In this document: piece after piece, positions 1-12,260 of the stretch
How positions within the stretch are numbered: position 1 is the first letter of the stretch
How the letters are laid out: every line of letters begins with the position of its first letter
NCBI RefSeq assembly: GCF_006345805.1
Contig: NC_043008.1
Location: forward strand, 66,030,001 to 66,094,000
Source of the DNA: Octopus sinensis
Taxonomy: Eukaryota
Length of the DNA: 64,000 nucleotides
Reading direction: 5' to 3'
The notes under the pieces: model-generated
The model's input: the letters and a program-made list of their open reading frames with translations, nothing else
Databases searched by the model: none
Told to the model about the DNA's origin: nothing
Position numbers and translations under genes: made by a program

Positions 1-375
1 CTAACAATTCGCGTAAGAGTCCGATGGTCCCTATCTGAAAGTTTTGGTTTTCTTCCGGAGTTTTGTGTCGCCGAGGAGGTTTTTCCCTCTTTCTCAAAGG
101 CTGCCATTATTTCGAGACTGTTACGCTAGCGCCTGCCATACGAGCATCAACAATTTGACCTCTTTGAAAGTCCTATAGATCTGTCATTTTAATGAAATTT
201 AATTACCTTTCCTGGTGATATCTGAAAAGAAACGGCAATTTTAGCAAAACATATTAAGCAATACTAATAATAAATAAAAAATCATTTAAATAAACAAGCA
301 TTTGACGGTTTTATAGATATTTCAAAATTATGATGCTATGATGCTAGGTGTTTCCTTTATTTTGTCCAACCCCTG
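1..375 (-). mobile_element. Tc1 transposon 5' end (TIR plus decayed transposase N-terminus), truncated by window edge
   Basis: Minus strand starts CAGGGGTTGGACAAAATAAAGGAAACACC (Tc1-type TIR) next to a TA repeat. ATG at 187 reads MTDL*DFQRGQIVDARMAGASVT...MAAFEKEGKTSSATQNSGRKPKLSDRDHRTLTRIV, a Tc1 HTH region with a stop and a deletion. Confidence 0.85.
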
Positions 376-377
376 TG

Positions 378-442
<65 letters not shown>

Positions 443-491
443 TACACACACATACAAATACACACATACACACCACACACCACACACACCA

Positions 492-524
<33 letters not shown>

Positions 525-578
525 ATATATATATATATATAATATATATATATATAATATACACATATATGTATATAT

Positions 579-1097
579 GAGCAAAACGTCACCAATGGAC
601 GGTGCTGAGTTGTCAAATGTTTAAACCAAATTTCTCTAAACAACTTGTCCGACCGCCCCATAGGCCTCCTTTTTGAAAAACACTGATTCAACCTAAATTT
701 GAGATACCAGCAAAAGAAGAAATAAAGATAGACTTTTTTTTTATTCCAAAGAAAAACGATTTTATTCACACAAATATGCAACCGAAGAGTTCAAAGTACC
801 AGTAATGATAAGGCTGTTGATTGGGAGAACACAAACATGGTCTAAACAGTAAGCTTGGCAGGAAAGAAACGTGTAAAACAACAAAAAATGGAAGGTGCAG
901 TTATGTACAGGTTGACGGAAGAAAAGCAGGACAAAAACGGCTTTATCGATCGCATTCTCACCTGGAATCGATTTTTGTAATTTTTTCAAGACTTATACCG
1001 TCGGTTTCTACATATCAAATTTGAGTGCAATCGGATGGAGGATGCCGGAGATCCGAGAAGACACACACACACACAGAACGGATTTTATATAATCGAT
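579..1097 (+). mobile_element. Non-autonomous Helitron/HINE-like element (putative)
   Basis: 3' end ...catatcaaatttgagtgcaatcggatggaggatgccggagatccgagaag(AC)n agaacggattttatataatcgat has the microsatellite-plus-AT-tail layout of Lep1/DINE-type elements. 5' limit uncertain. Confidence 0.4.
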
Positions 1098-1307
1098 AAA
1101 GGCAGAGAGAGAGAGAATGCTGTACGAGACAAGTTATATAGATAATGGTCATTACATAAAGTTTCGTTTTAGTAAATTTGACTTACAACTGTTTCGATAA
1201 ACATTATAGGTTCTTCGTTCAGATTGGTTTACTCAATCGGTCCATTGATCGGTTGAGAAAAATTAAACGCCCTGTATTAACAGAGAGCTTTTAATGCAAG
1301 CACACAC

Positions 1308-1352
<45 letters not shown>

Positions 1353-1563
1353 CACTCGGGGTATGTTGCTTGCTAATTTATTGTTTTCGCAGCATGAAAC
1401 TAATAGCACCTCGTATTTAAATCCTGTATATGTTAAATATTTCTCTCTCATTGGATGGAGTTTCTTTTTTGGTGAACCCACCAATAACAGAACAGTCAAT
1501 TACAAACAAACACACACACACCCACACAAATGTCTGTATACAAACACGCACACGCACACACAC

Positions 1564-1599
<36 letters not shown>

Positions 1600-2269
1600 C
1601 ACACACACAGACACGTATACAGACACAAGCACTATACACTCACAGAGACACACACACATATCTCTCTCCTCTTCTCCCTCTCTCTCTATATATATATATA
1701 ATATATAGATATATATATTATATATATATATATATATAAGAGAGAGAGAGAAGAGAGAAGAGAGAGAGACAGATGTATCTGTATGTATGTGTGTGTATAT
1801 ATACAGCTATGTAATGATAAAGACGTATCTTAATGGCAAAAATAGGCAAAAATATTTCATTAATATTAAATTCCTTATGCGTTTTATCTTTCAATCTGTC
1901 TGTCTCTGGTTCTATTAAAGCCAACGCTACCAAATTCCATGAACCCTCCTCCCCCTCTCTCTCTCTTTCTCTCTCTCTCTCCACACCACACACACACATA
2001 CACATAGATACACACACGCATACACATGCACCACATAATCGCACCACCCTTTCACCCCTTCAAGCCAGTAACCAGTATCGTCATTACAAAGCCCAACACT
2101 AAAGAAGGAAGCGGTGCTGATATAAGGTAACTGTCGGGTGATAATGTGTTATTTGAGAAGAATTCCTACAGAGATGGAAGAATTGTAGTCTTCCGAAGGA
2201 TTCCTGTCATCTTGAATATTATTGAGGATCAAATAACGGTTCGGAATTTTATCAGACGATGTAATGTCT

Positions 2270-2295
2270 AGTCTTTTTTCCCTCTCGCATCCTCC

Positions 2296-2339
<44 letters not shown>

Positions 2340-2683
2340 GTTGCTTTCTCCCCTTTTCACTCTCTCTCTTTCTCTCCCTTTCTTTCTCTCTATTTCTTTG
2401 TCTGTTTGTCTCCTCTCTCTATCTCTCCCTCTCTATCTCCCTCTCTCCCTCTATCTCTCCGTCTCTCCTTCTCTCCCTCTATCTCTCCTTCTCTCATTCT
2501 CTCTCTTATCTGTTTCTCTATTTTTCTTAGTTTGTCTTTCCCTTTCTCTCTCTCTGTCTCTCTGTCTGTCTCTCTCTCCTTCTCCGTCTCTCTAATTTTC
2601 TTTATTTCTCTTTGTTTGTCGCCCCCCTCTCTCACTCTCTCTCTCTCTCTCCATTTCACTCTCTCCCTTTTTCTCCGCAATGC

Positions 2684-2722
<39 letters not shown>

Positions 2723-2830
2723 TTTCTCTGTTTGTCTCTTTTATCCCTGTACTTCTCTCTCTCTCTCTTTTCTTTCTCTCTGTCTGTGTGTCGTCCCCCC
2801 TCTCTCTCTCTTTCTCTCATTCTATTTCTA
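2270..2830. repeat. Long imperfect (CT)n polypyrimidine tract
   Basis: About 560 bp almost entirely C/T on +; source of the Ser/Leu and Arg/Glu pseudo-ORFs. Confidence 0.95.
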
Positions 2831-2849
2831 GCAATAACAGCATTCGGCT

Positions 2850-3250
2850 TTGAGTGGTTCTGTATGAGTGAAGAGTGATTCTTTATAAGAGAATGTGATT
2901 TTTTTGTAGGAGTGAGCGTTATTCCCTTTGAGTGAGTACGGAAGCTATTTGAGTGAATGTGATTTTGTAGGTGTGGACGTGATTCTATATGAGTGAGTGT
3001 AGTTTTATACAAAAGAGTGTAAGCGATTCGACTCGACTGAGTGTAAGGATTCCTCTATGATTAAAAGTGACTCATTTTTCTGAACTAATATAAGTGATTG
3101 TGCATGATTGAGAGTGAATGATTCCGTATGATTGATTGTCAGCGATTCTGAAGGAGTAAGTGTAGTCCTATATAAGTGAGCTTAGAGATTCATCTCGACT
3201 GAATGTAAATGATTTTCTATGACTGGGTGTGAGTGATATTGTATAAATGC
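2850..3250 (+). repeat. Cryptic degenerate minisatellite, unit about 20-24 bp (GAGTGAnTGTGATTCTnTAT)
   Basis: About 18 recognisable periodic variants, e.g. gagtgaatgtgattttgtag, gtgtggacgtgattctatat, gactgaatgtaaatgattttctat. Confidence 0.6.
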
Positions 3251-3265
3251 GTATAAATGGTTATG

Positions 3266-3578
3266 ATTTTATTTTGTTTTTTCCTTCTCGAGCCATGCTT
3301 GGCTCATAAGGGCCGGTTTCCCGGTTTCCTTGGCGTATAGGTTCCCTACCTGGACAGGACGCCGGTCCGTCGCAGGTGAGCTGCAAGATGCAGGAGGAAA
3401 GACTGGGAGAAAGTTGTGGCGAAAGAGTCAGCAGAGGTTCGCCATTACCTTTTGCCGAAGCCGCATGGAGCTTAGGTGTTTCGCTCATAAACACACACAT
3501 CACTCGGTCTGAGATTCGAACCCGCGATCCCTCGACCGCGAGTCCGCTGCTCTAACCACTAGGCCATGTGCCTCCACC
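3266..3578 (-). mobile_element. tRNA-derived SINE family C, full length
   Basis: Minus strand head GGAGGCACATGGCCTAGTGGTTAGAGCAGCGGACTCGCGGTCGAGGGATCGCGGGTTCGAATC (A/B boxes); 11-bp direct repeat AAATGGTTATG at 3255-3265 and 3579-3589 (TSD); homologous to 19724 and 25171 copies. Confidence 0.9.
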
Positions 3579-3625
3579 AAATGGTTATGTGAGATTGAGT
3601 GACTCTATCAGCTCGTCGTCTAGAC

Positions 3626-4070
3626 CACTGGCTCTCAACTGGGATCCATGTGGCTCATGGGAGGTTTATATGATCCATGAGGGTCCATATAAGCTTTTGT
3701 TAAAATTTTTCTGCAACAAATCGGTTGTACTTCTACGATACACAAAATATTAATTTGTGTAGAATGATCTACGTAAAATATTAGTGAAAGAGACCTAGTT
3801 GTTTCTTGCAATACCTACCAAAACTTGCTCGGGGTTAAAATGGCATAGTTTTTAAATAGCTTTATTTGTTTCAGTCATGTAACTGCGGCCATGCTGGAAC
3901 ACTGCCTTTGGTCGAAAAAAATCAACTATAGGATTTATTCTTTGTAAGCCTAGTACTTATTCTATCAAATATACACATATAAAGCAAGATTTCTTTCAGT
4001 GGCCCTTTAATATTTTATTACGTGGACACCCCCCCCCAAATCTTATATGAACCCTGGTTGAGAACTATTG
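3626..4070. mobile_element. hAT/Charlie-type MITE with nested insertion
   Basis: Imperfect TIRs CACTGGCTCTCAAC / GTTGAGAACTATTG; flanks GTCTAGAC and CTTTAGAT fit the Charlie NTCTAGAN target consensus. Confidence 0.6.
3822..3966. mobile_element. Chimeric Helitron-like head plus SINE A tail fragment, copy 1
   Basis: cttgctcggggttaaaatggcatagttttt...tttgtttcagtcatgtaactgcggccatgctgg...gtacttattctatc; homologous to 4728-4870. Confidence 0.65.
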
Positions 4071-4466
4071 CTTTAGATGATGGAAAAACTTTCCACACAA
4101 GCAGGCCAAGGCATGATTTGAAATCAGAATGCAAACGATCGGAACAATTAGTACAAGAAATCCCTTCTGATTCCAATTGGTTCCGGCAGAACATCGCCCT
4201 AAACTGGTATTAAATGTTTAGGGGTAAAAGAGAATTAAGAGCAGCGGGATGTTGTTAGGGATTTCCCTGAATCCCTTACAGTAGGTCGATATTAACCATT
4301 ATAAGATCCTGAGAATTTCGTTATTTGCCCATTCTAACACACTATGGCTTTAAATCTTCAAAGCACCAGTGAAAGGAAGAAGAGCCAATCCTACTAGCAT
4401 TCTAAGGACATCTGAAACTAATAAGAGGATCAAGGAAGACTACTCACTTTCTCTCACACTCATTCA

Positions 4467-4523
<57 letters not shown>

Positions 4524-4652
4524 AGATACACATAATAAATACCTACAGAAATATACATGCATACATGTGTGTATGTGTGTATATTCTGTGTGTTAGAGTA
4601 CTATTGCATACATATGTGCAGGGGTACACACCCACTAACACGTGTGTATATA

Positions 4653-4708
<56 letters not shown>

Positions 4709-4709
<1 letters not shown>

Positions 4710-4990
4710 CTAGCAGAGATACCCGGCCTTGCTCGGGGCTAAAACGGCATAGTTTTAAAGTAGTTTTATTTGTTTCACTCATGTGACTGCGGCCATGCTG
4801 GAGCAGCGCCTTTGGTCGAAAAAAATCGACTACAGGATTTATTCTTTGTAAGCCTAGTACTTATTCTATCAGTGTCTTATGCCAAACCGCTAAGTTATGG
4901 GCACGTAAATATAGCAACATGGGTTGTCAAGCAATGGTGGAGGTACAAACACAGACAGACACACACACAAACATACATATATATACGATA
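4709..4990. mobile_element. Chimeric Helitron-like head plus SINE A 3' half, copy 2
   Basis: Starts ACTAGCAGAGATACCCGGCCTTGCTCGGG (same head as 32265 and 54442) and runs into the reverse complement of the SINE A tail. Confidence 0.7.
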
Positions 4991-5021
4991 GTCTTCCTTC
5001 TACACACATACATATGTATAT

Positions 5022-5068
<47 letters not shown>

Positions 5069-5374
5069 TAAATATATACACATATATACATATATATGCA
5101 CACACATATGTACATACATATACATATATATACGCATATATACATACTATATACGCATATATATACATATATATCATATACACATGTATATATGTATATA
5201 TAACACATAATATACATACATAAATATATGGTACATATATATATATATATGTATATATATATACATGCATATATACACACATAATATATACATACATATA
5301 TATACCAAATATATAATATGATGCATATATATACACACATACCACTATATATATGTTATATATACGTGTTTGTC

Positions 5375-5419
<45 letters not shown>

Positions 5420-5440
5420 ATATATATATAGATATATTTT

Positions 5441-5606
5441 AAAATATTACATTATATATAAGGGCTTAGTAAAATAAATTACTTTGCCACATACTTATAT
5501 ATAATGTAATATTTTGAATTCGCCTAAAATGGTCCCTTTACATACTGAATACTTGATGAAATTGATTAATAACTAATTAATTTTACCCTCAATTGTTGAA
5601 ATTATA
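5441..5606. repeat. Short internally inverted copy of the 540-bp array unit
   Basis: Matches 62085-62135 in + sense, then the unit start in - sense; 20-bp inverted arms at 5441-5460 and 5496-5515. Confidence 0.85.
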
Positions 5607-6255
5607 TATAGATATAGATATAGATAGATAGATAGATAGATACATACATACATACATACATACATACATACATACATACACAAACATGTATATAAATACA
5701 TATTGAAAGTAATTGAAATTGAAACCATACAAAAGTGAAAGTACTAATAGAGATGTTTCACTTTTGACACCTAATTCGGAAACAGTATAAGAAATAAGAG
5801 ATTGCTCCGGGATCACATTAGGTAAGAAGTTGAAATGTTTTTTGGCCCTTGACACTGCATGGACCCTAAGTAAGGCATGTGTAAAATTTGAATGAAATCC
5901 GTTAGGTAGTTCTCGAGTGTTAGTGATGCGCTCACACACACACACCCCTTCTCAGTTTTATATATATATATATATATATATACTATATATATATATATAT
6001 ATTATATATATATATATGTGTGTGGTGTGTGTACACACACATACACACTATATATCATATATTACATATATAGTGTACCGATAAGAGACATATATTCTCC
6101 ATATAGAATACACTTAGTAGTGCTCAAGAAGTTTAAACTTGAGCCGGTAGAGGAGTAAATATAAGTGTAAGCAAGTTAGGCAAGTCAATATTCAAAAAAT
6201 ATTAAATACATTTAATACAGAAAGATATACTTATGTATACATATAAAACAGAATG

Positions 6256-8282
6256 GAAATTATATCAGGAATTATAGGGGTTGAATAAGAATAGGGGTTT
6301 ACGAGTCCAAGGTTGTTTCTAGGGGCTTGGTGGTCCAAAATAATGATTGTAAATTGATTCCATCATCGGATATCGGCCTTCGTCTTCAGGGAAGAATTTT
6401 ACATTTGAGGTGTTGACAGAAAGAAGTTTAAAGATGGAATGATTTTTGTGGTGTACTAAGTGTGTTAGAAGGAGGAGTTGGAAGGTATTTAGATAGAGAG
6501 TAGTGGAAGGAGAAGCTAAATTTCAGGGTTATGGGGTTATTAATGAGCTTAGAGATAGTAGTGGATGTGGAAGGTGGGAGGAAGAGGGAAGAGTAGTTTA
6601 GGTAGTATGTGAAAAGTAACCTTTGTATTAGTTTGTATGAAGACTACAGAGTTAAAGTTTGAGATAGTGATAATGGGAATGGCCATTATTTGAGGAAAAT
6701 AAGTTGACTGGTTCAGTGACTGAGGGAGATTAGTAATGTATGTAGAGAGGAATGAGAAGAGATGGACGGGGATAGCGTAGGGGTTGAGAAGGGGTCAAAC
6801 TAGTAGTTGTTAATGGAACAGAAGAACTGGGCTGGTATTGGAGGGGTGTTATGGTAAACAGAGGTGTATGAAATTGAATAGAATGATGCGAATAGGGAGG
6901 AGGTAGAGGTAGATTGGTTGTTTTTCAAAGGAGTGAGGTAATGTTAAGTACTGTTTGAAAGTGGGGGGGAGTCTAAGTGGAAGTAGTGGATTTGAAGAAT
7001 TTGGAAGAAATCGGAAATGTGAGTATGAGAAAGAATAAGAGGGGGTAATATTTTTACGTAGTAGATTGCTAGGCTGACTTTGTCTTAGTTTAAGGTTATT
7101 TTCGGTATGGATCCTTATTATGGGATCACTTAGATTTAGCAAAGTGCGTAAAAGATTAGTAGTACTTGCGTTTACAAGTATAAATAACATCAGAGAATCT
7201 ATTAAGTAATGAAGAGTTATGAAAGCGAAGAATGGTTAATGATTCTTTTAGACATAACTTACACTTGCCAGTGTTTGCATTGTATGGGGGAGTTTCGCTT
7301 ACTATGGACTAGGATAGAGTGTATGGAATATTTTGAGATTTAAGGTTGTGTATATACGTTGCTAAGAAGGTTGATAATTTAGAATTTTGATTGGAGAAAG
7401 AGTTCATGTGTGCACAGTAGCGGCGCTTAAAATCTACCGTGCGCCGATTTACCCTTGCTTGGTGAGAGCGTGGTGTTATAACACGGCATTTGTAGATTAC
7501 ATTTGTACGTTGAAAGGAACCTCCAAAAGGGCATAATTAAGAAACTCGACAGTTGCAGCTTTTCCTACCTGCTCTGTGGTTGGAGTCTACTGCTAGTGAG
7601 GTTGAGCTCCGTTGGTTCATTGTTAGTAGGGGAGAACCTGAGGTGCAATCTAAATTTGTATTGGAGTGGGAGGTGGTATTATAGCTAGTATTTGCTATCT
7701 CGTAGCTAGGATTGAGGGATGATGGCTTGAGTCTGGCATTATTTAATTGAGGCAGGTTACTAAGGATTGTGTTATTGCTACACTGTGAGCTAGTTTGGAG
7801 TGCAGTGTGAGAGTTTAGGTGTTCCGAGGACTGGTGTTCGAGGAGGCGATTATGGGTCCTAAATTAGGTGTGGTGGAGTAGATTTTCACGGATGATTTGT
7901 TAAAGATAGGATAGTATTTGTGCTGTGGTGGAAAATTAAACTTTAGGATTTTAAAGAAGAGTTTAGGTAAAGATTTAACTTGGAGGGAGAGAGAGAAGTG
8001 ATGCAAGCCCTAATATTTCATGCTTCCTAGTCTTAAAATGTTTAGATTGTGTGGTTGTACCTCCCAACTCCTCATTCTAACACACTTAGCTCTCCACAGG
8101 ATCATTCCATATTTAATCTCCTTTCTGTCAACACCTCAAATGTAAAATTCGTTCCTGAAGACGGAGGTTGGTATTATCCGATGATGGAATCAATTTACAA
8201 TCATTATTTTGGCCCACCAAGCTCCTAGGAACAGCTGATGGACACGTAAAACTCTTATTCAACCCCTTTTATTCCTGATATA

Positions 8283-8287
<5 letters not shown>
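6256..8287 (-). mobile_element. Penelope-like element relic with inverted terminal copies (pLTR-like)
   Basis: 6256-6487 is the reverse complement of 8058-8287 (clearly alignable, diverged); internal GIY-YIG-type relic on the minus strand. Confidence 0.8.
7156..7500 (-). pseudogene. Penelope-type GIY-YIG endonuclease relic
   Basis: Manual translation VIYKCRV...FKRRYCAHMNSF...LATYIHNLKSQNIPYTLS*SIV...PYNANTGKCKLCLKESLTIL...LLNRFSDVIYTCKRKYY*; 115 codons, one internal stop. Confidence 0.8.
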
Positions 8288-8319
<32 letters not shown>

Positions 8320-8408
8320 ATGTATAATATGTTTTTATGTATAAATATGTGTGTGTAATGTATATATGCATAAATATATATTATCATATATCTGCGTGTG
8401 TATTGTGT

Positions 8409-8508
8409 NNNNNNNNNNNNNNNNNNNNNNNNNNNNNNNNNNNNNNNNNNNNNNNNNNNNNNNNNNNNNNNNNNNNNNNNNNNNNNNNNNNNNNNNNNNN
8501 NNNNNNNN
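8409..8508. other. Assembly gap (100 N)
   Basis: Run of exactly 100 N. Confidence 1.
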
Positions 8509-8837
8509 GTAATTTTCACAACAAAATACCTTGGCACACTTTCAGAATAGCACAACCACATAAGTTGAATTTTCTCCGTTTTCAATTTTTTTTTCGCCAC
8601 ACCCTTGCAAATGATTGGGGAAAATTTTGTATAAAACAAATTTTTAAAATTTATAAATTCTAACACTCGCTTTGCCTCCATCCAGTACCGATTTTGGCCG
8701 TTTTTGCTCTACGCACTAAAAACCATGGGAAAAGCCTTGAAGGTTCAAACGAAAAAGTTTGGAAATCGGCAGTAAACCCTTATAATCCCCACTTCCTTTA
8801 TTTTCAAACAGAAAATGAAACGTAATTTAAAAGCACT

Positions 8838-9042
8838 CTCTTACTTGTTTCAGTCATTTGACTGTGGCCATGCCGTAGCACCGCTTTTAGTCGAGCGAAT
8901 CAACCCCAGGACTTATTCTTTGTAAGCCCAGTACTTATTCTATTGGTCTCTTTTGCCGAACCGCTAGGTTACGGGGACGTAAACTCCCCAGCATCGGTTG
9001 TCAAGCGATGTTGGGGGGACAAACACAGACACACGAACATAT

Positions 9043-9104
<62 letters not shown>

Positions 9105-9262
9105 CTTCTTTCAGTTTCCGTCTACCAAATCCACTCACGTGGCTCTAGTCGGCCCGAGGCTATAGTAGAAGACACGCGCCCAATTTGCCACGCAGTGGGA
9201 CCGAACCCAGAACCATGTGGTTTGTAAGCAAGCTACTTACCACATAGTCACTCCTACGCCTA
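8838..9262 (-). mobile_element. tRNA-derived SINE family A, full length
   Basis: Minus strand head ...GGAGTGACTATGTGGTAAGTAGCTTGCTTAC...GGGTTCGGTCCCACTGCGTGG, internal (TA)(TG) microsatellite, tail ...CAGTCAAATGACTGAAACAAGTAA. Confidence 0.9.
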
Positions 9263-9624
9263 TTTTATACTAAAATTTCGGCATTTTTTTTTTTTTTTTA
9301 AATCCTTGTTTTAGAATAAGGACAATCAGAATCTGTAATTTGTTACTGCTTATAATTTCAACATAATTTTCAGACGAACAGGTGATTTAAGGGAGATTTA
9401 GTTGTTCTTTCTAGCACTTATTTTCACGAAAACCTGGTATCTTCCTCGTTTCTTTGTTACATGAGAGGTATTGAAATTTTTCGATATTCGTTTCATAAAC
9501 ACATTTTATGCTGAGCAGTGGCCCATTGCTGCAATTTAAGCAAAGATAACAAAAATATTTATTTAAATCTTTAATCCCACCCAGCATCAAGCGAGTTCCT
9601 GTGTGAGAGAGAAAACATATTTAC

Positions 9625-9975
9625 TAACTGAAAAGAATGTTCTTTTCTACTCTAGGCACAAAGCCCGAAATTTGGAGGGGGGGCAGTCGATTAGATCGAC
9701 CCCAATATTATCGACCCAGAAAGGATGAAAGGCAAAGACGACCTCGGAGGAATTTGAACTCAGAACATAAAGATAGATGAAATACCTATTTCTTTACTAC
9801 CCACAAGGGGCTAAACATAGAGGCGACAAACAAGGACTGGTACTTAATTTATCGACCCTGAAAGGATGAAAGGCAAAGTCGACCTCGGCGGAATTTGAAC
9901 TCAGAACGTAAAGTCAGATGAAAGACCGCTAAGCATTTCGCCCGGTGTGCTAATGTTTCTGCCAGCTCAACGCCT
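9625..9975 (-). mobile_element. SINE family B, two overlapping copies
   Basis: Core GGATGAAAGGCAAAGTCGACCTCGGCGGAATTTGAACTCAGAAC occurs twice; head ...GAGCTGGCAGAAACATTAGCACACCGG on the minus strand. Confidence 0.85.
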
Positions 9976-10005
9976 TATAACAGAAAACCATACATACATA
10001 CATAC

Positions 10006-10046
<41 letters not shown>

Positions 10047-10054
10047 ATATATAT

Positions 10055-10112
<58 letters not shown>

Positions 10113-10559
10113 CATCATACCATTCGAATATGTTTGAGAGATATTTGAACTTGTAAAAGGCTTTTTCACTGCAGTTCGTCCTGAAGAAAAACATTCTCCC
10201 TTGAGGCTAAAAAGTGTAATCCCCGTTAATGCTGTTCTTACTGTTTAGTGTCAGATCAGCCCTAATTTAGCAGGCATGTGATCGAACTTATTCTAGCCCT
10301 GACTATCTCGACATTTTATTTATTATCAATTTCATTGTTCAAGACTTTGGATGTTTTTTTTAGGGGTTTTGCTGCTATTTCTAGCAGGCCAAGCGAACAC
10401 ACAGAACCCCGTTCTTATGGCTGGAGAAGTCAAAAATAGCATAGAGAAGTACATCTTATCGTTTTATGTAGTGGAAAAACTGTAAAGCCGCATTGCTCCC
10501 TTACGTTTCCGTGTTAAGCCCTAATCCCCACTTGCCATCAAAGCTTACATGAGAAATCC

Positions 10560-11130
10560 ATTCTACCGTATCAACAGAACTATGTTCTGCCTCATAAGTA
10601 ATTGCACAGAGCTTGTTATCAATTGAGAAGCGCAGACAGTTTTTCTCTTTCTGATGGTGGTTATGGCAAAAGAGGTAGTGTGGCAGACCAGATTGAAAGA
10701 ACTGAAAACAGACACCTCCCTCTTTGATCAGGCCCTCATCGAAGTCTTACAGGTTCCACTTGGGAAGGAAGGTCAGAGAAAAGATAAGGAGCTCTCCAAA
10801 GATGAGTGTCAATGAAAAAAATAGCAAGAGACTATGGGTCCACTCTTAGTATATGCTTGTAGATCAAAGAGAGGGCACTTGCTTTTACTTAGTATTTCAA
10901 GTTATCCTAGATCTGTATGGTTACTTGATTTGTCCTAGCTGAATTTGTCCTTCTGTATTAGGTAAAACGTATCTCTTATTTATATGCAAGTAACACTTTT
11001 ATCTCATTCGGTTTTTTTTTCTTCATTTGATATTTGTGTTAGCTTCCACATTTTATGTAACTTGCCTGCGTAATGGTCCCCTTCGGCCGACGCCCCTGCA
11101 GTACGGCAAATAAAAGAAATTATTATTATC
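10560..11130 (+). mobile_element. L1/Tx1-like LINE 3' fragment (decayed)
   Basis: Reads FLMVVMAKEVVWQTRLKELKTDTSLFDQALIE.../FHLGRKVRE, resembling a Tx1 ORF2 C-terminus; ends gcaaataaaagaaattattattat. Confidence 0.45.
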
Positions 11131-11139
11131 GATTTTGCT

Positions 11140-12260
11140 TCTGTTATTGTGAATGGGTATCTAATGTCTGAACTTGGCGTACAAATAATTTCTAATCAGA
11201 TTACTTAGGGTGAAGAGGCCGAGCATAATAAAACATGTGTTTCATTGTTAGGACTAAGGTTCAAACAAAGAGACAGGCAGAAATCGTGCACTTTACATTT
11301 GACCACAGGTTGGTGAATCAGAAGAGGTGACAGACGGAGCTAAAATATCATACACCTGGTTCCAGGCTGGTGAACTAGTCGAAAAGACAGAGTTGGTATA
11401 CACCATATGTTGAACTATAGGCGAGCACCATGGTATCAGGATCTCGGGAATACATGGGTTACAGCCAGGGATGTGTGTATGAACGTTGGTTCGTATTTCT
11501 CATCAACTTTGTTCAACATTACGGGCATATGGTGAGTGTTAGGATAAATCTTAACAGCATATTGTTTTGGTAGGGCTCACATAACCCACCAGCTCCTGAT
11601 GACCCGCGATAACCACAGGACAATCCCATAGCTATACGCCATTGACTAAGTAGAGAGGATGTCAATAAGAGTTGATTCAGAGTAGAAGGATTAGTTACCA
11701 TATTTCTGGAAATAAAAGTCTAACGAGAACCGTTTACGCAGAAAACTAAGAAATGAAAACCAAAGAGAAGAAAAGGACAGAAGATAGCAGCCGACACCAT
11801 CAAAAACAATCTCCAGACCTGGATTGAATACCATGCTTCTAGCTGTGGCTGTTACTATTTCAAATGCACTACCATCCGGAGCTCCGAGAACCGCTAGATT
11901 GGAAACAAGAGCAAGTGGAATCATTTCGTTGCCAATGACACTAATACCAAAGGTTACGAGAAAGTACAGAGAGTTGAGCGCTCTCTTTCTTCAATACCGG
12001 ACTGACTGCAGACTCTGGGTACCAGTTTCACCCCTTTCGAGTTATGATGATAAGAACGAAATGAAAACGAAGGAATGGTAAAAACCAGTCATAGATGGCT
12101 TTTAAAAAAAGGGCTAAAAAAGAAAGAGTTCCAGAACAAGGATAATTAGGATGTTGCAAGTTGTCAAGCAATTCTGAACTGACGGACTGCAATGGGTGCA
12201 GCATGAATTCGTTTGTCAACGCTTCAACTTCAATGCAAAGAAACTGAGAAAGAATAGCAT
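11140..12260 (-). mobile_element. Highly decayed CR1-group RT fragment (putative)
   Basis: Scattered motif remnants (CVNGS, YAVKIY, FVR) in RT order on the minus strand with many frameshifts. Confidence 0.3.

Noticed and set aside
3500-3578. tRNA-like A/B box sequences here and in other SINE heads as real tRNA genes
   Set aside because: No complete cloverleaf or acceptor stem; each continues into a SINE body.
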